Source: Thermoplasmatota archaeon
GTDB taxonomy: Archaea; Thermoplasmatota; Penumbrarchaeia; Penumbrarchaeales; Penumbrarchaeaceae
Reading direction: 5' to 3'
NCBI GenBank assembly: GCA_029762535.1
Contig: JARVGK010000005.1
Location: forward strand, 51,631-115,630
Length of the DNA stretch: 64,000 bases
Shown here in pieces: positions 10,601-19,991 of the stretch. Under the pieces are notes generated by a model. That model ran no database searches. It was given only the letters and a program-made list of their open reading frames with translations, and was not told where the DNA came from. A program made the translations under genes and the position numbers. Every line of letters starts with the position of its first letter. Position 1 is the stretch's first letter.

Positions 10601-11980
10601 CTTTTTCTAAGATGGGACGACGAGAGCGGTAATTCCGTTGAGATATCATCGAGTTCCATGTATTATCCATCAAACACTTCATCAATAGATATCGAGTCCT
10701 CCATATCGGAGATCTTCAACGTTTCCGTCAAGGCGATAGATTGGGTAGGTTCGATCTCTGGCCCGGCCTTTTCTCAAGGGATCATTGATCTCGATCAACC
10801 AGTTATCGATCTTACAAGATATTCAAGTTGGTACAACTCATCAAGGGTCGAAGTACATTTTGCGCTATTCGACCCTACGATTATGGGAATGGAGGGTTCA
10901 GGAATAGATGGGGATAGCATATCATACAGATTGATGCACGAAACAGAAACGGAATATTCCCCCCCTTACAAAGAAGAGATATGGTTGAAATATGGGGATT
11001 CTCTTTCCTTTGTCGATGTGATGATGAGGCTTGAGTTGGATGGAACGTGGAAGGGATCTTTACAGATATTCGCATCGGACAGGGTAGGGAATACCGTACA
11101 ATCATCCTCACTCAGCTTAGGTGTTGACATGATCGCTCCTCAGTTCGACATGGTCCAACCTTCCACCTTCATAATCCACAATACAGCTGACCTATCTTTT
11201 GCTCTCAGGGTCGAGGATATTCAAGGTTCCGGTGTCAATGGGGAGACAATTGCATACCGAACGAGGATGAACGACACCGACTGGTCAGGTTGGATGGATA
11301 TTGGCCGTGAAACAGCATCAGAGCAGTTGATGATCGAATTCACTCACAAGTTATCAGAAGGTACGAATTTCATACAGTTCATGGCCGAGGATATTGTAGG
11401 CAATATGGGAATATCACGAGAATATGAGCTTAGGGTCAAGGTGCCGACAGTGAACAATCCTCCCACCCCCCTGATATCAAGCCCGATCAACGGAACAAGC
11501 TATTCTGAGGGGCATCCAGTAATACTGGATGCATCTGGTTCCACTGATGATGGTATCGGTTTATTTCCTGAATTGAGGTTCACATGGTCCTCGAACAGGA
11601 CTGGATTATTAGGTACCGGTAAGGTGATCTCCATTAACATCCTTACAACAGGCTGGCACAGGATCACGCTTTTCGTCGATGATGGTTCTCCAGGGAATAA
11701 CGTATCTGACCATGTTGATATATACATAAGGAGGGCTGTGAACCCCAACGGTACGGTCAACCCAGAACCAAATGCGACGGATGAGGCATATCGAACTATA
11801 CTTGTGATATCAGCTTTGGCAGTTGTGATCATCGTCATTATCGTATTCATAATCCTATTCGTAAAGAGATATGGTAATGAGAGGGGTGCCGAGATTAGAA
11901 TAGATTATAAAGAAGAAACAGATGACGATATCGATTACATGATAAAGAGCAGATATGATGAATTCGATTCAGAAGAGTGA
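7643..11980 (+). CDS. Large surface protein: FG-GAP (integrin-alpha-like) repeats, PA14 domain, Ig/PKD-like domains, C-terminal TM anchor
   Basis: Repeated GDxNGDGxDDLxxGAP motifs; GLLGTYY...DEQIDFNWG...FSIRWHG (PA14); LDASGSTDD...FTWSS...GWHRITLFVDDG (PKD-like); hydrophobic C-terminal helix with acidic tail. Confidence 0.85.
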   Translation: MIAMKHRFDRERAYIFALMFVVSSSFILIGDDTVMVTGESLSLYGHVRADNNEIWALSGDENIEASAGLSFIGESMTGPGGRLGSYLWSGDLNGDGYDDIAMSAPHLEGALSVREGGLLYIFYGSKELQNGVVDIETAVPDIVIRGGAEDSKLLTSFAVGDIDNDGNFDLVLGIPSQPSCGRLYILWGDGNWSGEIDLFDPGKLNPNGDPYGFIRDDDHLILAGHIAPVPWPESDYKIGQSVVVSDLDGDSYDDVVFSAPGWNKVNIMWGGPNRFQLGDEMTIIQDDQNSGLFGQSVISLDMNGNQMPDLAISGPLRNHPTTLYQQTGTVMVIFDAGDLRGTVNINVEDTVRPFIYGNDPNDNFGRVILSKDINHDGRDDLIVGAPYSDGPDDTRYNSGSIHIYFGGQINQFPVIMDSETGADVIIYGATKEGPTYPGDRLGTVFELGDINSDGEHGLIIGYPDVSVQDAEKAGMVAYYTYQQVFSSPPRSIDLKDIDPTFRIFGIDMQDRLGYSLCIADMDGDGAHELIIGSPASDGIENTRPSCGEVHIIRGSKVGIDSLTLSGMGTQDGFVLCGKGDTTITVGYSHSEDNDLLLSMDVELQDLGIKMTIPLATGEYPIIDTPYEMIKPVSKVIVSKTTNGAQASAVIEFTWSFPSGEYDVKIIVSSSKWNYSRLFSKAILSEDVLIFLENYELFRNGQRTVHGSEWFGPDDRIDINGLSLYYDTVPPIEVIDGPFEISLLVNAISIHTQEYVPDMSLNFTITDEDSIILTVKASPIIGIFPTGIPSEFIPFISGQIVLELHIDQTPPDIPSNLVLDPGTFGHEDYGTEGEWEIRWDDGRTNGGDAGSGIWAYEVGIKEEVKIAMHPGGLLGTYYNDDRFIEEGLSIVDEQIDFNWGNYPPKPEIIPLGFSIRWHGWLMPDQNIKTRFTIWGKGGNSLLIFDDQRLLEWNDVEFRRSSGYVDLVGGEIYYIELYFRQKGDLENSLFLRWDDESGNSVEISSSSMYYPSNTSSIDIESSISEIFNVSVKAIDWVGSISGPAFSQGIIDLDQPVIDLTRYSSWYNSSRVEVHFALFDPTIMGMEGSGIDGDSISYRLMHETETEYSPPYKEEIWLKYGDSLSFVDVMMRLELDGTWKGSLQIFASDRVGNTVQSSSLSLGVDMIAPQFDMVQPSTFIIHNTADLSFALRVEDIQGSGVNGETIAYRTRMNDTDWSGWMDIGRETASEQLMIEFTHKLSEGTNFIQFMAEDIVGNMGISREYELRVKVPTVNNPPTPLISSPINGTSYSEGHPVILDASGSTDDGIGLFPELRFTWSSNRTGLLGTGKVISINILTTGWHRITLFVDDGSPGNNVSDHVDIYIRRAVNPNGTVNPEPNATDEAYRTILVISALAVVIIVIIVFIILFVKRYGNERGAEIRIDYKEETDDDIDYMIKSRYDEFDSEE

Positions 11981-11994
11981 ATAATCATCAACAC

Positions 11995-12975
11995 TTACCA
12001 ATCAAGCCATCTGCATGTCCGATCTATCCCTTCCTCGAAAGAGAAGAGGGGGCTATATCCGAGTTTGTCGCATATCCTGGAATGATCCATATGCCAGATA
12101 TCAGAGGTCAACGCCCGATATTTGTTCATTGATAGAGGAGGTGGTCCATTTATAAGAGTTCCGAAGATCTCAGAGGTTCTGCAAAGAAGGTAGAAAGCAG
12201 ATTTTGGGATACTTACATATCCCTTTTTCACTCCTATCCTTCTTGATATCGAATCAACAGCAAATCTCAGGGTATAAGGTCCTTCGTTGACATGGAATAT
12301 GTTGGATATTTCGTTTTTCTCCAAGGCCAGGATAAGAGCGTGGGACAAATTGCCTACATAAAGCATGTTGAATATATGTCTCCCGCGATCTATCATGGGC
12401 ATAAATCCCTTTTTAATGGATAAGAACGTTCTCATCGCTGAGGAATTACGACTCATGCCCTCTCCGAATATCACTGGTGGTCTGATGATGGATGCGACCG
12501 TATCATCATCTTGTGCCCTCTTTAGGAGAAACCTTTCAGAAAGAAGCTTGGACCTTCCATATGGTTCATCCGGGCAGGGATCGTGATCTTCCTTCATCGG
12601 AAATCGCTCACTTCCATAAGGGCCAAGAGCCATGATGGAGGACATAAATACGAACTTCTTTGAACCTTGATCAAGGGTATTTGCATAGATATTCATGGTC
12701 CCCTCGAAATTGACCTTCATAAGAAGGTCGCTCGTTGGATGGGATGATTCCAAAATGCCCGCGCAGTGTATCACTCCATCGATATGGCCATCCAACCTTA
12801 TAGTGGATGGATCCGTTATATCTCCGATTACCTCCTCTATGCCCTTTATATTTGAAGGCCTATTATCAAAAGATATGATGTCGTACCCTTTGGATAATAG
12901 TGCATTGATCACCCGTCCTCCGACGAAACCGGATCCACCTGTTACGAGATATCTTTTAGCCAACGTACATAACAT
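11995..12975 (-). CDS. NAD-dependent epimerase/dehydratase (extended SDR)
   Basis: LVTGGSGFVG, IHCAG, YGRSK (YxxxK), IIRPPVIFG. Confidence 0.9.
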   Translation of the reverse strand: MLCTLAKRYLVTGGSGFVGGRVINALLSKGYDIISFDNRPSNIKGIEEVIGDITDPSTIRLDGHIDGVIHCAGILESSHPTSDLLMKVNFEGTMNIYANTLDQGSKKFVFMSSIMALGPYGSERFPMKEDHDPCPDEPYGRSKLLSERFLLKRAQDDDTVASIIRPPVIFGEGMSRNSSAMRTFLSIKKGFMPMIDRGRHIFNMLYVGNLSHALILALEKNEISNIFHVNEGPYTLRFAVDSISRRIGVKKGYVSIPKSAFYLLCRTSEIFGTLINGPPPLSMNKYRALTSDIWHMDHSRICDKLGYSPLFSFEEGIDRTCRWLDW

Positions 12976-13005
12976 GCATTGAATGTATAATAAAAATATG
13001 GTAGC

Positions 13006-13026
13006 GGAGGGGGTTTTACCCCCTCC
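13006..13026 (-). terminator. GC-rich stem-loop just downstream of acs
   Basis: GGAGGGGGT-TTT-ACCCCCTCC perfect 9-bp stem 20 nt after the acs stop; T-rich tract a few nt further on the minus strand. Confidence 0.5.
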
Positions 13027-13045
13027 ACAAGATTCTATATCGATA

Positions 13046-14986
13046 TTATCTATTCTCGATCAGGTTCTCAACGACCGAAGGATCCGCGAGAGTGGATGTG
13101 TCTCCGATCGAATCGATCTCGGAACTCGCGATCTTTCTGAGGATTCGCCTCATGATCTTTCCGGACCTGGTCTTTGGAAGGCCAGGTGCCCAATGAATGA
13201 TGTCCGGGGTGGCTATCGGCCCTATCTCTTCTCGTACATGTTTCTTGAGCATTTTTTTAAGCTCCTCTGTGTATTCGACCCCGGTCTTGAGGGTAACGTA
13301 GGCGTATATGCCTTGGCCTTTGATCTCGTGTGGGTATCCCACGACAGCGGCCTCAGCAACGGAAGGATGCGAAACCAAGGCGGACTCCACTTCGGCCGTT
13401 CCCATCCGGTGGCCGGAAACGTTAATCACATCATCTATCCTGCCGGTTATCCAGTAGTATCCATCTTCATCTCTCTTGGCGCCGTCTCCTGTGAAATATT
13501 TCCCGGGGAACATAGAGAAGTATGTCTCCTTGAACCTTTCGTGATGTCCATATACAGTTCTCATTATTCCGGGCCAAGCCTTATTTATCACAAGCGGGCC
13601 AGATGCCACTCCTTCAATTTCCTTTCCGTCATTATCTAGTATTGCTGGTTCTACTCCGAAGAAAGGCAAGGTAGCGGAGCCTGGTTTAAGCGGTGTAACT
13701 CCCGGCAGAGGAGTTATGAGTATACCTCCGGTCTCGGTCTGCCACCATGTGTCAACGATCGGGCATCGGCCGTCACCTACAACCTCGTAATACCATCTCC
13801 AGGCCTCAGGATTGATCGGCTCTCCAACCGTTCCTAATATTAGCAGGGATTTCCTGGAATGTTTCTTGACCCAATCAGGGCCTTCCTTCATCAATGCCCT
13901 TATAGCAGTAGGGGCGGTGTAGAATTGGGTCACCTGATATTTATCGACAATCTCCCAGAATCTGCCAGGGTCTGGGTAGTTGGGAACTCCTTCGAACATC
14001 ATCGTGGTCGCTCCATTTAGAAGGGGGCCATATACGATATACGAATGTCCAGTGACCCATCCGATATCCGCAGTGCACCAGAATATGTCGCCCTCATGGT
14101 AATCGAAGACGTATTTATGGGTCAGGGAGGTATATAACATATATCCACCAATGGTATGGAGGACTCCTTTTGGTTTGCCAGTGGATCCAGATGTGTATAG
14201 TATGAACAACGGATCCTCTGAATCCATAACCTCTGGTGGACAATCGTCATTTACCTTTTCCATTTCTTCGTGCCACCAGAGATCCCTTTCTGAGTTCATC
14301 GGAACTTCGACTCCGGTCCTCTTAACGACGATCACCTTTTCAATAGAAGGCGACTCCGAAACCGCTCTATCGGCGTTGGTCTTCATTGGAATGTCGTTCT
14401 TTTTCCCTCTCAGTGCCGTGTCCTGGGTTATGACCACCTTACAGCCTGAATCGTTAATCCTATCCCTCAGCGAATCAGGAGAGAAAGCGCCAAAGACTAT
14501 TGAATGGACCGCACCGATCCTTGCACAAGCTAGCATGGCTATAGGAAGTTCGGGTATCATCTGCATGTATATGCTCACCCTATCTCCCTTCTTCACACCG
14601 TTGGCCTTGAGGACGTTCGCGAACTTCTTAACCTTTGTGAAGAGCTCGGAATAAGTCATTTTCCCATCTTCTTCAGGTGAATTCCCTTCCCAGATTATTG
14701 CAACCTGGTCTCCGCGCTTTTCTATATGCCTATCGAGGCAGTTGTAGGTAATGTTGGTCTTGCCACCTTCGAAGAACTTTATTATCCCATTCACGAAATC
14801 GAAATCTCTAACCTTGTCCCATTTCTTGAACCAGGTGAAGTCCTCGGCCATCTCTGACCAGAATGCATCTGGATCGTTTATGGACCTTTCATACATCTTC
14901 TTGTACTCTTCCATAGAGTTGATATACGCTCGTTTCTTGATGTTTTCGTTGGGCAAGTATAAACCGCTATTATCCTGTTCGCTCAT
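13046..14986 (-). CDS. acs: Acetyl-CoA synthetase (AMP-forming)
   Basis: [40 protein letters not shown]. Confidence 0.97.
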   Translation of the reverse strand: MSEQDNSGLYLPNENIKKRAYINSMEEYKKMYERSINDPDAFWSEMAEDFTWFKKWDKVRDFDFVNGIIKFFEGGKTNITYNCLDRHIEKRGDQVAIIWEGNSPEEDGKMTYSELFTKVKKFANVLKANGVKKGDRVSIYMQMIPELPIAMLACARIGAVHSIVFGAFSPDSLRDRINDSGCKVVITQDTALRGKKNDIPMKTNADRAVSESPSIEKVIVVKRTGVEVPMNSERDLWWHEEMEKVNDDCPPEVMDSEDPLFILYTSGSTGKPKGVLHTIGGYMLYTSLTHKYVFDYHEGDIFWCTADIGWVTGHSYIVYGPLLNGATTMMFEGVPNYPDPGRFWEIVDKYQVTQFYTAPTAIRALMKEGPDWVKKHSRKSLLILGTVGEPINPEAWRWYYEVVGDGRCPIVDTWWQTETGGILITPLPGVTPLKPGSATLPFFGVEPAILDNDGKEIEGVASGPLVINKAWPGIMRTVYGHHERFKETYFSMFPGKYFTGDGAKRDEDGYYWITGRIDDVINVSGHRMGTAEVESALVSHPSVAEAAVVGYPHEIKGQGIYAYVTLKTGVEYTEELKKMLKKHVREEIGPIATPDIIHWAPGLPKTRSGKIMRRILRKIASSEIDSIGDTSTLADPSVVENLIENR

Positions 14987-15257
14987 CCGTCAACCTCCGA
15001 TATACTTTTTTTCCACAGGTGCTCTGGTCATGTCATTTACGGTCCAAAGCTTCATGGTCTCTACCCGCATAATGGTAACCATATATAACCGTTTACACCA
15101 ACCATCCGGATCGTTATTGATCTGTGTACAAAAACTCGATCAATGAATTAATTAATGATGACATATCGTTAATAATTTGTTTTTTTACACGTATCTGTAA
15201 CAATGAAGAATATGGATAGTATTATCATGTTCAGAGGCATATAGGATACTTCGACCG

Positions 15258-15665
15258 GTGGAACATTTGAATGATATTATAACGGTGGATATGCTAATAA
15301 AGGCCCTTGAAGCTCTTTTCCATGAAGGAAAGGAGGGTCAAGACGAATGGATCAAGCAAATGGCAATTTTCATAATGGATTTTTTTGGTTATGAGCAGAG
15401 AGTTCTTGATAACAACCTTACCCCAAAGGATAGGGATATATTCTACATGTTGGAGAATTCCGGGATACTCAGAACTGAAATGGATGAGACCACGATCCAG
15501 AAGGGTAAGACCTGGAGGATCCATTATTGGGTCCTGAATAGGGATCGGATCCGTGAACTGTCAGTAAGTAAGCAAGATGATACTGAATTAAGATGCAACG
15601 GTGAGAATGGTATGGTTTATGACCACCTCTCAGAGGGAGTATGGTCGAGGAACGACCAGAATTAA
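15258..15665 (+). CDS. Conserved Thermoplasmatota winged-helix-like protein (DUF6015-like)
   Basis: MDFFGYEQRVLDNNL..KDRDIFYMLENSGIL...GKTWRIHYW pattern; family recalled, not searched. Confidence 0.65.
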   Translation: MEHLNDIITVDMLIKALEALFHEGKEGQDEWIKQMAIFIMDFFGYEQRVLDNNLTPKDRDIFYMLENSGILRTEMDETTIQKGKTWRIHYWVLNRDRIRELSVSKQDDTELRCNGENGMVYDHLSEGVWSRNDQN

Positions 15666-15722
15666 GTCTGACATCCAATCATCAAGAATAAATAAGAGAT
15701 ATGTTTTGGCCAGTAGGAAAAC

Positions 15723-17408
15723 ATGATCGAGATGATTTTATTCTTAGCGGTCATTGTAATATGGTCAGTTGCGATCATATTGCTTGACAGGTTTAAATTC
15801 CTCGAAAGGTACAATATGTCGAGGATATGGGCCGTAGTGCTTATGTGGAGGACCGAGAAGGGTAAGGGCCTCATAGAGAAGATGGCATCCCCCAAACGTT
15901 TCTGGGACGCATTCGCGGTGATCGGTCTTTTCATCCTTTTTATCGGAATGCTCTCAATGTTCCTCCTTATATTCGCCTCAACCCTCACTGTGATACTAGC
16001 TGGTTTTACTAAAACCATTTCCGCAAAGGAGGTTCTGGTGCTTCCTGGGATTAACCCTTACGTTCCTTTAATATACGGCCTTATAGGCCTAATATTCGCC
16101 GTTGTGGTTCATGAGTTTAGCCATGGGATCCAAGCCACTGCTAATAAGATAAAGGTAAGGTCATTGGGAATTCTTTTCTTTATAGTTCCCATAGGTGCGT
16201 TCATGGAGCCCGATGAGGATGAAGTAAAGGCCTCATCCAGAATTAAGAAGATCAAGATGTATGCATCTGGACCGATAATCAATTTCATTTTTGCCTTCGT
16301 CTTTATTATTCTTTTCTCTGGAGTGATGATGTCTTCATTGAGCTCTCCGGGCGATCCTTTCACCATAACTGATATCTCTGACAATTCATCATTATTTTAC
16401 TCTAATGAATATGCCCCTGTTGGTCTTTTTGATATTAACGGTACGGAATTATCATCAGTGAACGACATTTACGAATACAAGGGTCCAGAACCAGGTTCTT
16501 GGATATCAGTCACGATGAAGACCAAAGATGGGTTCTACAGATTTCCAGCGATATCAGGTGTTGTCATATACTCGATAACTGATGATTCTCCGGCGGACAA
16601 ACAAGGGATAATTAAGGGATCGATAATCCTATCGATGAACGAAAGATCGATCTTAAGCCGAAAGGACGTATCCGACGTCTTGGACCCTACTCTGGCAGGG
16701 CAGAACCTGACCATTTCATTATTGGAACCACAGATCGATCATCAAGGAGAGCCCATGATGGAATGGGACCCCCCTTCATGGCTGAACTACAGCATTGACA
16801 AAATTGGCGATGTGAACGTTCCATCATATATTCCGAGAACGATCAAGTTGACATTGGCCGATAAGTACAGATTTATCCCTTTGGAGGATTTCAAGGGAAA
16901 AGGTTTCCTTGGAATAGGATCATCGTTTCTGGGGGTCACTGGAGTTGGGAGCAAGGAACTTCTTTCAGTTGTAAAATCTCCTTTATCCTCATCCAACGGA
17001 CCTTTTGGGGCGGTGGGAAATCTAATGTACATCACTTTCTCGCTACCCCTGAGCAGGACAATAGTTCCATTTCATTCACCGCTAATAGATGTATATGAGG
17101 TCAGTGGGCCTCTATCTATATTACCCGATCCAGTATTCTGGTTTATTACCAACTGTTTCTTTTATCTTTTCTGGCTCAACATACTCCTGGCTTTGTTCAA
17201 CTCCCTTCCAGCTTACCCTCTCGACGGCGGTTTCATCTTTAAAGATTCCCTTATACTCATCATCAAGAACTTCAACAATCGAATAAAGGATGAGAAGCTT
17301 GAAAAGATAGCTGGTTCAATAACGATGACACTCACGATCATGGTTTTTACATTGATATTGATAACATTCATGTACCCATGGATCAAAATGGTCCTTATGG
17401 GTCTTTGA
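15723..17408 (+). CDS. Site-2 protease (M50) with PDZ domain(s)
   Basis: HEFSH, GAFMEPDE, ASGP, NSLPAYPLDGG; PDZ-like DSPADKQGI. Confidence 0.92.
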   Translation: MIEMILFLAVIVIWSVAIILLDRFKFLERYNMSRIWAVVLMWRTEKGKGLIEKMASPKRFWDAFAVIGLFILFIGMLSMFLLIFASTLTVILAGFTKTISAKEVLVLPGINPYVPLIYGLIGLIFAVVVHEFSHGIQATANKIKVRSLGILFFIVPIGAFMEPDEDEVKASSRIKKIKMYASGPIINFIFAFVFIILFSGVMMSSLSSPGDPFTITDISDNSSLFYSNEYAPVGLFDINGTELSSVNDIYEYKGPEPGSWISVTMKTKDGFYRFPAISGVVIYSITDDSPADKQGIIKGSIILSMNERSILSRKDVSDVLDPTLAGQNLTISLLEPQIDHQGEPMMEWDPPSWLNYSIDKIGDVNVPSYIPRTIKLTLADKYRFIPLEDFKGKGFLGIGSSFLGVTGVGSKELLSVVKSPLSSSNGPFGAVGNLMYITFSLPLSRTIVPFHSPLIDVYEVSGPLSILPDPVFWFITNCFFYLFWLNILLALFNSLPAYPLDGGFIFKDSLILIIKNFNNRIKDEKLEKIAGSITMTLTIMVFTLILITFMYPWIKMVLMGL

Positions 17409-17988
17409 TCATGATAGAGGGTCGCATCTTGATACTCTCCCTCAATGAAAGATCACAGCCGCAATATCGTTGTCTGTAAAGACCGTATCTCCGTGATTCG
17501 TTCAGTGACTTGCTCCAATATCTTCGGAGGTCAGTGTAATGAAAATCTATGTCGATGTTTTCTTCAATGATCTTTCCTATGTGCTTTATTCGGTCATGTT
17601 TTTGGTATTTCGATAGCAATAATGTGGTACAGAAACCATCGGCCCCGATCCCTTTAGCTTTTAATGCGGATTCCCTCAGACGGATCCAGTAGCAGATATC
17701 GCATCTGGATGATATCTCCCCTTCATAATCAAGAGGTATTTCGTCTTTTAACAGAAAACTGCCAACTATAGATCGAAATTGGGAATTGTCCATGCCACAT
17801 CCTATGATAACGGGGGCCTCAAGGTCTTTTAAGAATCCCTCGAGTGTTCGAAATCGTTTATTAAATTCCTTTTCTGGATAGATATTCGGGTTGAACCAAA
17901 ACGTTGTATAATCTATGCCCTCTTCATCAAAATATAGTCTCGAACCCGAAAGGCAAGGGCCGCAGCATGTATGCAGGAGGATATTCAT
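17395..17988 (-). CDS. queH: Epoxyqueuosine reductase QueH (DUF208 family)
   Basis: LLHTCCGPC, FNPNIYPEKEF.KR, RCDICY.IRL, FCTTLLLS, YRQRYCGC; start overlaps the gatE stop. Confidence 0.85.
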   Translation of the reverse strand: MNILLHTCCGPCLSGSRLYFDEEGIDYTTFWFNPNIYPEKEFNKRFRTLEGFLKDLEAPVIIGCGMDNSQFRSIVGSFLLKDEIPLDYEGEISSRCDICYWIRLRESALKAKGIGADGFCTTLLLSKYQKHDRIKHIGKIIEENIDIDFHYTDLRRYWSKSLNESRRYGLYRQRYCGCDLSLRESIKMRPSIMIKDP

Positions 17989-19991
17989 TTTCCGTCCTCA
18001 TTTGATAGAGTTTCTAGTATCCTTTCTTTCAGTCTTCTCTCTATTAAGGACCCACTGATCCTCCCCCTCATACGCTTCATTATGATTCCCATGATGGGTG
18101 ATATACTTTTTTTTCCCATCTTTAAGATAAGATCATTTTTTTCAGATATCAAACCATCGATCATGCGATCTAGTTCGTTGATATCCTCATCCTTTATGCT
18201 GAATTTCTCTATTATCATATCGACAATAAGACGATTATCATATTTTCCTAACATATTGTGTATTTGGTATATCATGCTCCCGACTGCCTCTCTTGCAAGC
18301 AACCCTTCATCCAGGCCCTTCACCAAGGGTTCCAAAATAATCCGATCTATTAGGTCCAACCTGATCCCATCCTCAATTATTGGGCCGAAACCATTGATCA
18401 ACAGCATCGATAAAAATCTAGGTTCGAGACCGTTATTAAACTGTTCTTCGAACAGGTCAATTAGTCCAAGCCCCTCCATCTGTTCGATGGAGCTTCTGGA
18501 TATTCCGCTATCTGTGGTCAATCTCGAAATTCTAGCCTTAGGGTCCTCGGGAAGTTTTTCGATAAGTCGTGCTATTCTTGTCTGTGCTATCTTAATTGGT
18601 GGAATATCCGTTTCAGGATACATCCTTGCCGATCCAGGCAATGGCCTCATGAATTCGGTAGATCCGTCAAAAATTACCTTCCTGACCTCAGGCACAACTC
18701 CCCTGAAAGCCATCCGAGCTCTTTCGATGATAATACGAATGGCCTTTCCACCGTCATTCACGTTCGCACAGACCATAACAAAAGCATCCCTCTCAGGGTC
18801 AGAATCCAGGCGATCTACCACCTGTTCTATTTCATCATCGCTAATGCCATAACCTGGGAGCTCATCGGAGTGAATTAGACCTCTGATCCCGGTTTCGTTC
18901 CTGACACGTATAGCGAATTCCCTACCAAGGCCTGGGATCTTCGTTTGTTGATTCTGAGCGGCACTTCCAGTACTATCAGAATTGTGGTTCTCCACATGGA
19001 TAGGAGAGAGAAGGTATTTGAATCCCTTAAGATTGATCCCAACAACATTATGGGACTTTGATATCTCTGATGATATCATTCTGCATGAAGTTTTTTTGAA
19101 TATATCGGTAATATCGATGTGTGGTCCCCGTATATCTGATTCCCGGACTTTAAGTTCCATTAAACGATTCGCTGCCCACTGGCTTAAACTCTGTCTTAAC
19201 GATTCGTATCGGATCACCTTTGGTATCAATGATAGATCCTGTATCAGTTTGACCTCTACTCTTCGTCCACCATTTATCGAGATATTGACATCCTGCCTTA
19301 TACTTCCTATTCCTCTTTTTACGGTCTGAGTGCTCCTCAGTATCTCACCGATCCTCTTAGCTGCTTCATAAGCATCATCAGGCGATCCAATGAAAGGTGC
19401 TGTAGATATTTCTATTTCAGGCGTACCTAACCTGTCAAGTCTATAGGTGACCGTGTTGTCATCTTCTGTGATCTTTCTGGCGGAGTCCTCTTCAAGACAG
19501 ATGGAATCTATGAGAATTCGAGTTTTACACCCTATATCGATCATTCCATGATGGCCTATCATAGCTGTTCTTTGGAATCCGGTCGTGTTCGAGCCATCAA
19601 TGACCATCTTTCTCATGAATTGTACATTATCTACTATATCGCACCCGAAGAGAAGGCATATTCTGAGTGCATTGTCGACCATATATTGAGTAGGTCCTAA
19701 AGGAGGTTCTTCATCTATATCAACAGGACAAACATTTGGAGTTAATTCGTATATGAACTTTCTTCTCCGATGGGATTGTGCGAGCACTGCCTGATCGATC
19801 TTACCCATTTCTGACCTTTTTGGATGAAGTATCCTCTCTATTCTACCTTCGATCAGATTTGTTATACCCGTATCACAGGAGCAAAAAAGTTTCGGTCCAA
19901 TGAGCTGCCTGTGGACTTCCAATCCAATAGTAATATCATTATTAATCGGACCTAACTTCAAGATCATAGTATTCGGGTCGAAATGGCTCAA
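17985..19991 (-). CDS. gatE: Glu-tRNA(Gln) amidotransferase subunit E
   Basis: GLEVH..L..KLFCSC, RKMVIDGSNTTGFQRT, LDRLGTPEIEI, RQDVNISI, MRPLPGSARMYPETD. Confidence 0.95.
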   Translation of the reverse strand: MSHFDPNTMILKLGPINNDITIGLEVHRQLIGPKLFCSCDTGITNLIEGRIERILHPKRSEMGKIDQAVLAQSHRRRKFIYELTPNVCPVDIDEEPPLGPTQYMVDNALRICLLFGCDIVDNVQFMRKMVIDGSNTTGFQRTAMIGHHGMIDIGCKTRILIDSICLEEDSARKITEDDNTVTYRLDRLGTPEIEISTAPFIGSPDDAYEAAKRIGEILRSTQTVKRGIGSIRQDVNISINGGRRVEVKLIQDLSLIPKVIRYESLRQSLSQWAANRLMELKVRESDIRGPHIDITDIFKKTSCRMISSEISKSHNVVGINLKGFKYLLSPIHVENHNSDSTGSAAQNQQTKIPGLGREFAIRVRNETGIRGLIHSDELPGYGISDDEIEQVVDRLDSDPERDAFVMVCANVNDGGKAIRIIIERARMAFRGVVPEVRKVIFDGSTEFMRPLPGSARMYPETDIPPIKIAQTRIARLIEKLPEDPKARISRLTTDSGISRSSIEQMEGLGLIDLFEEQFNNGLEPRFLSMLLINGFGPIIEDGIRLDLIDRIILEPLVKGLDEGLLAREAVGSMIYQIHNMLGKYDNRLIVDMIIEKFSIKDEDINELDRMIDGLISEKNDLILKMGKKSISPIMGIIMKRMRGRISGSLIERRLKERILETLSNEDGK

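Noticed and set aside
12983-13639. 218-aa plus-strand ORF and similar antisense ORFs (e.g. 17971-18852, 59762-60283, 62434-62982)
   Set aside because: They lie opposite well-supported genes and show no recognisable motifs.
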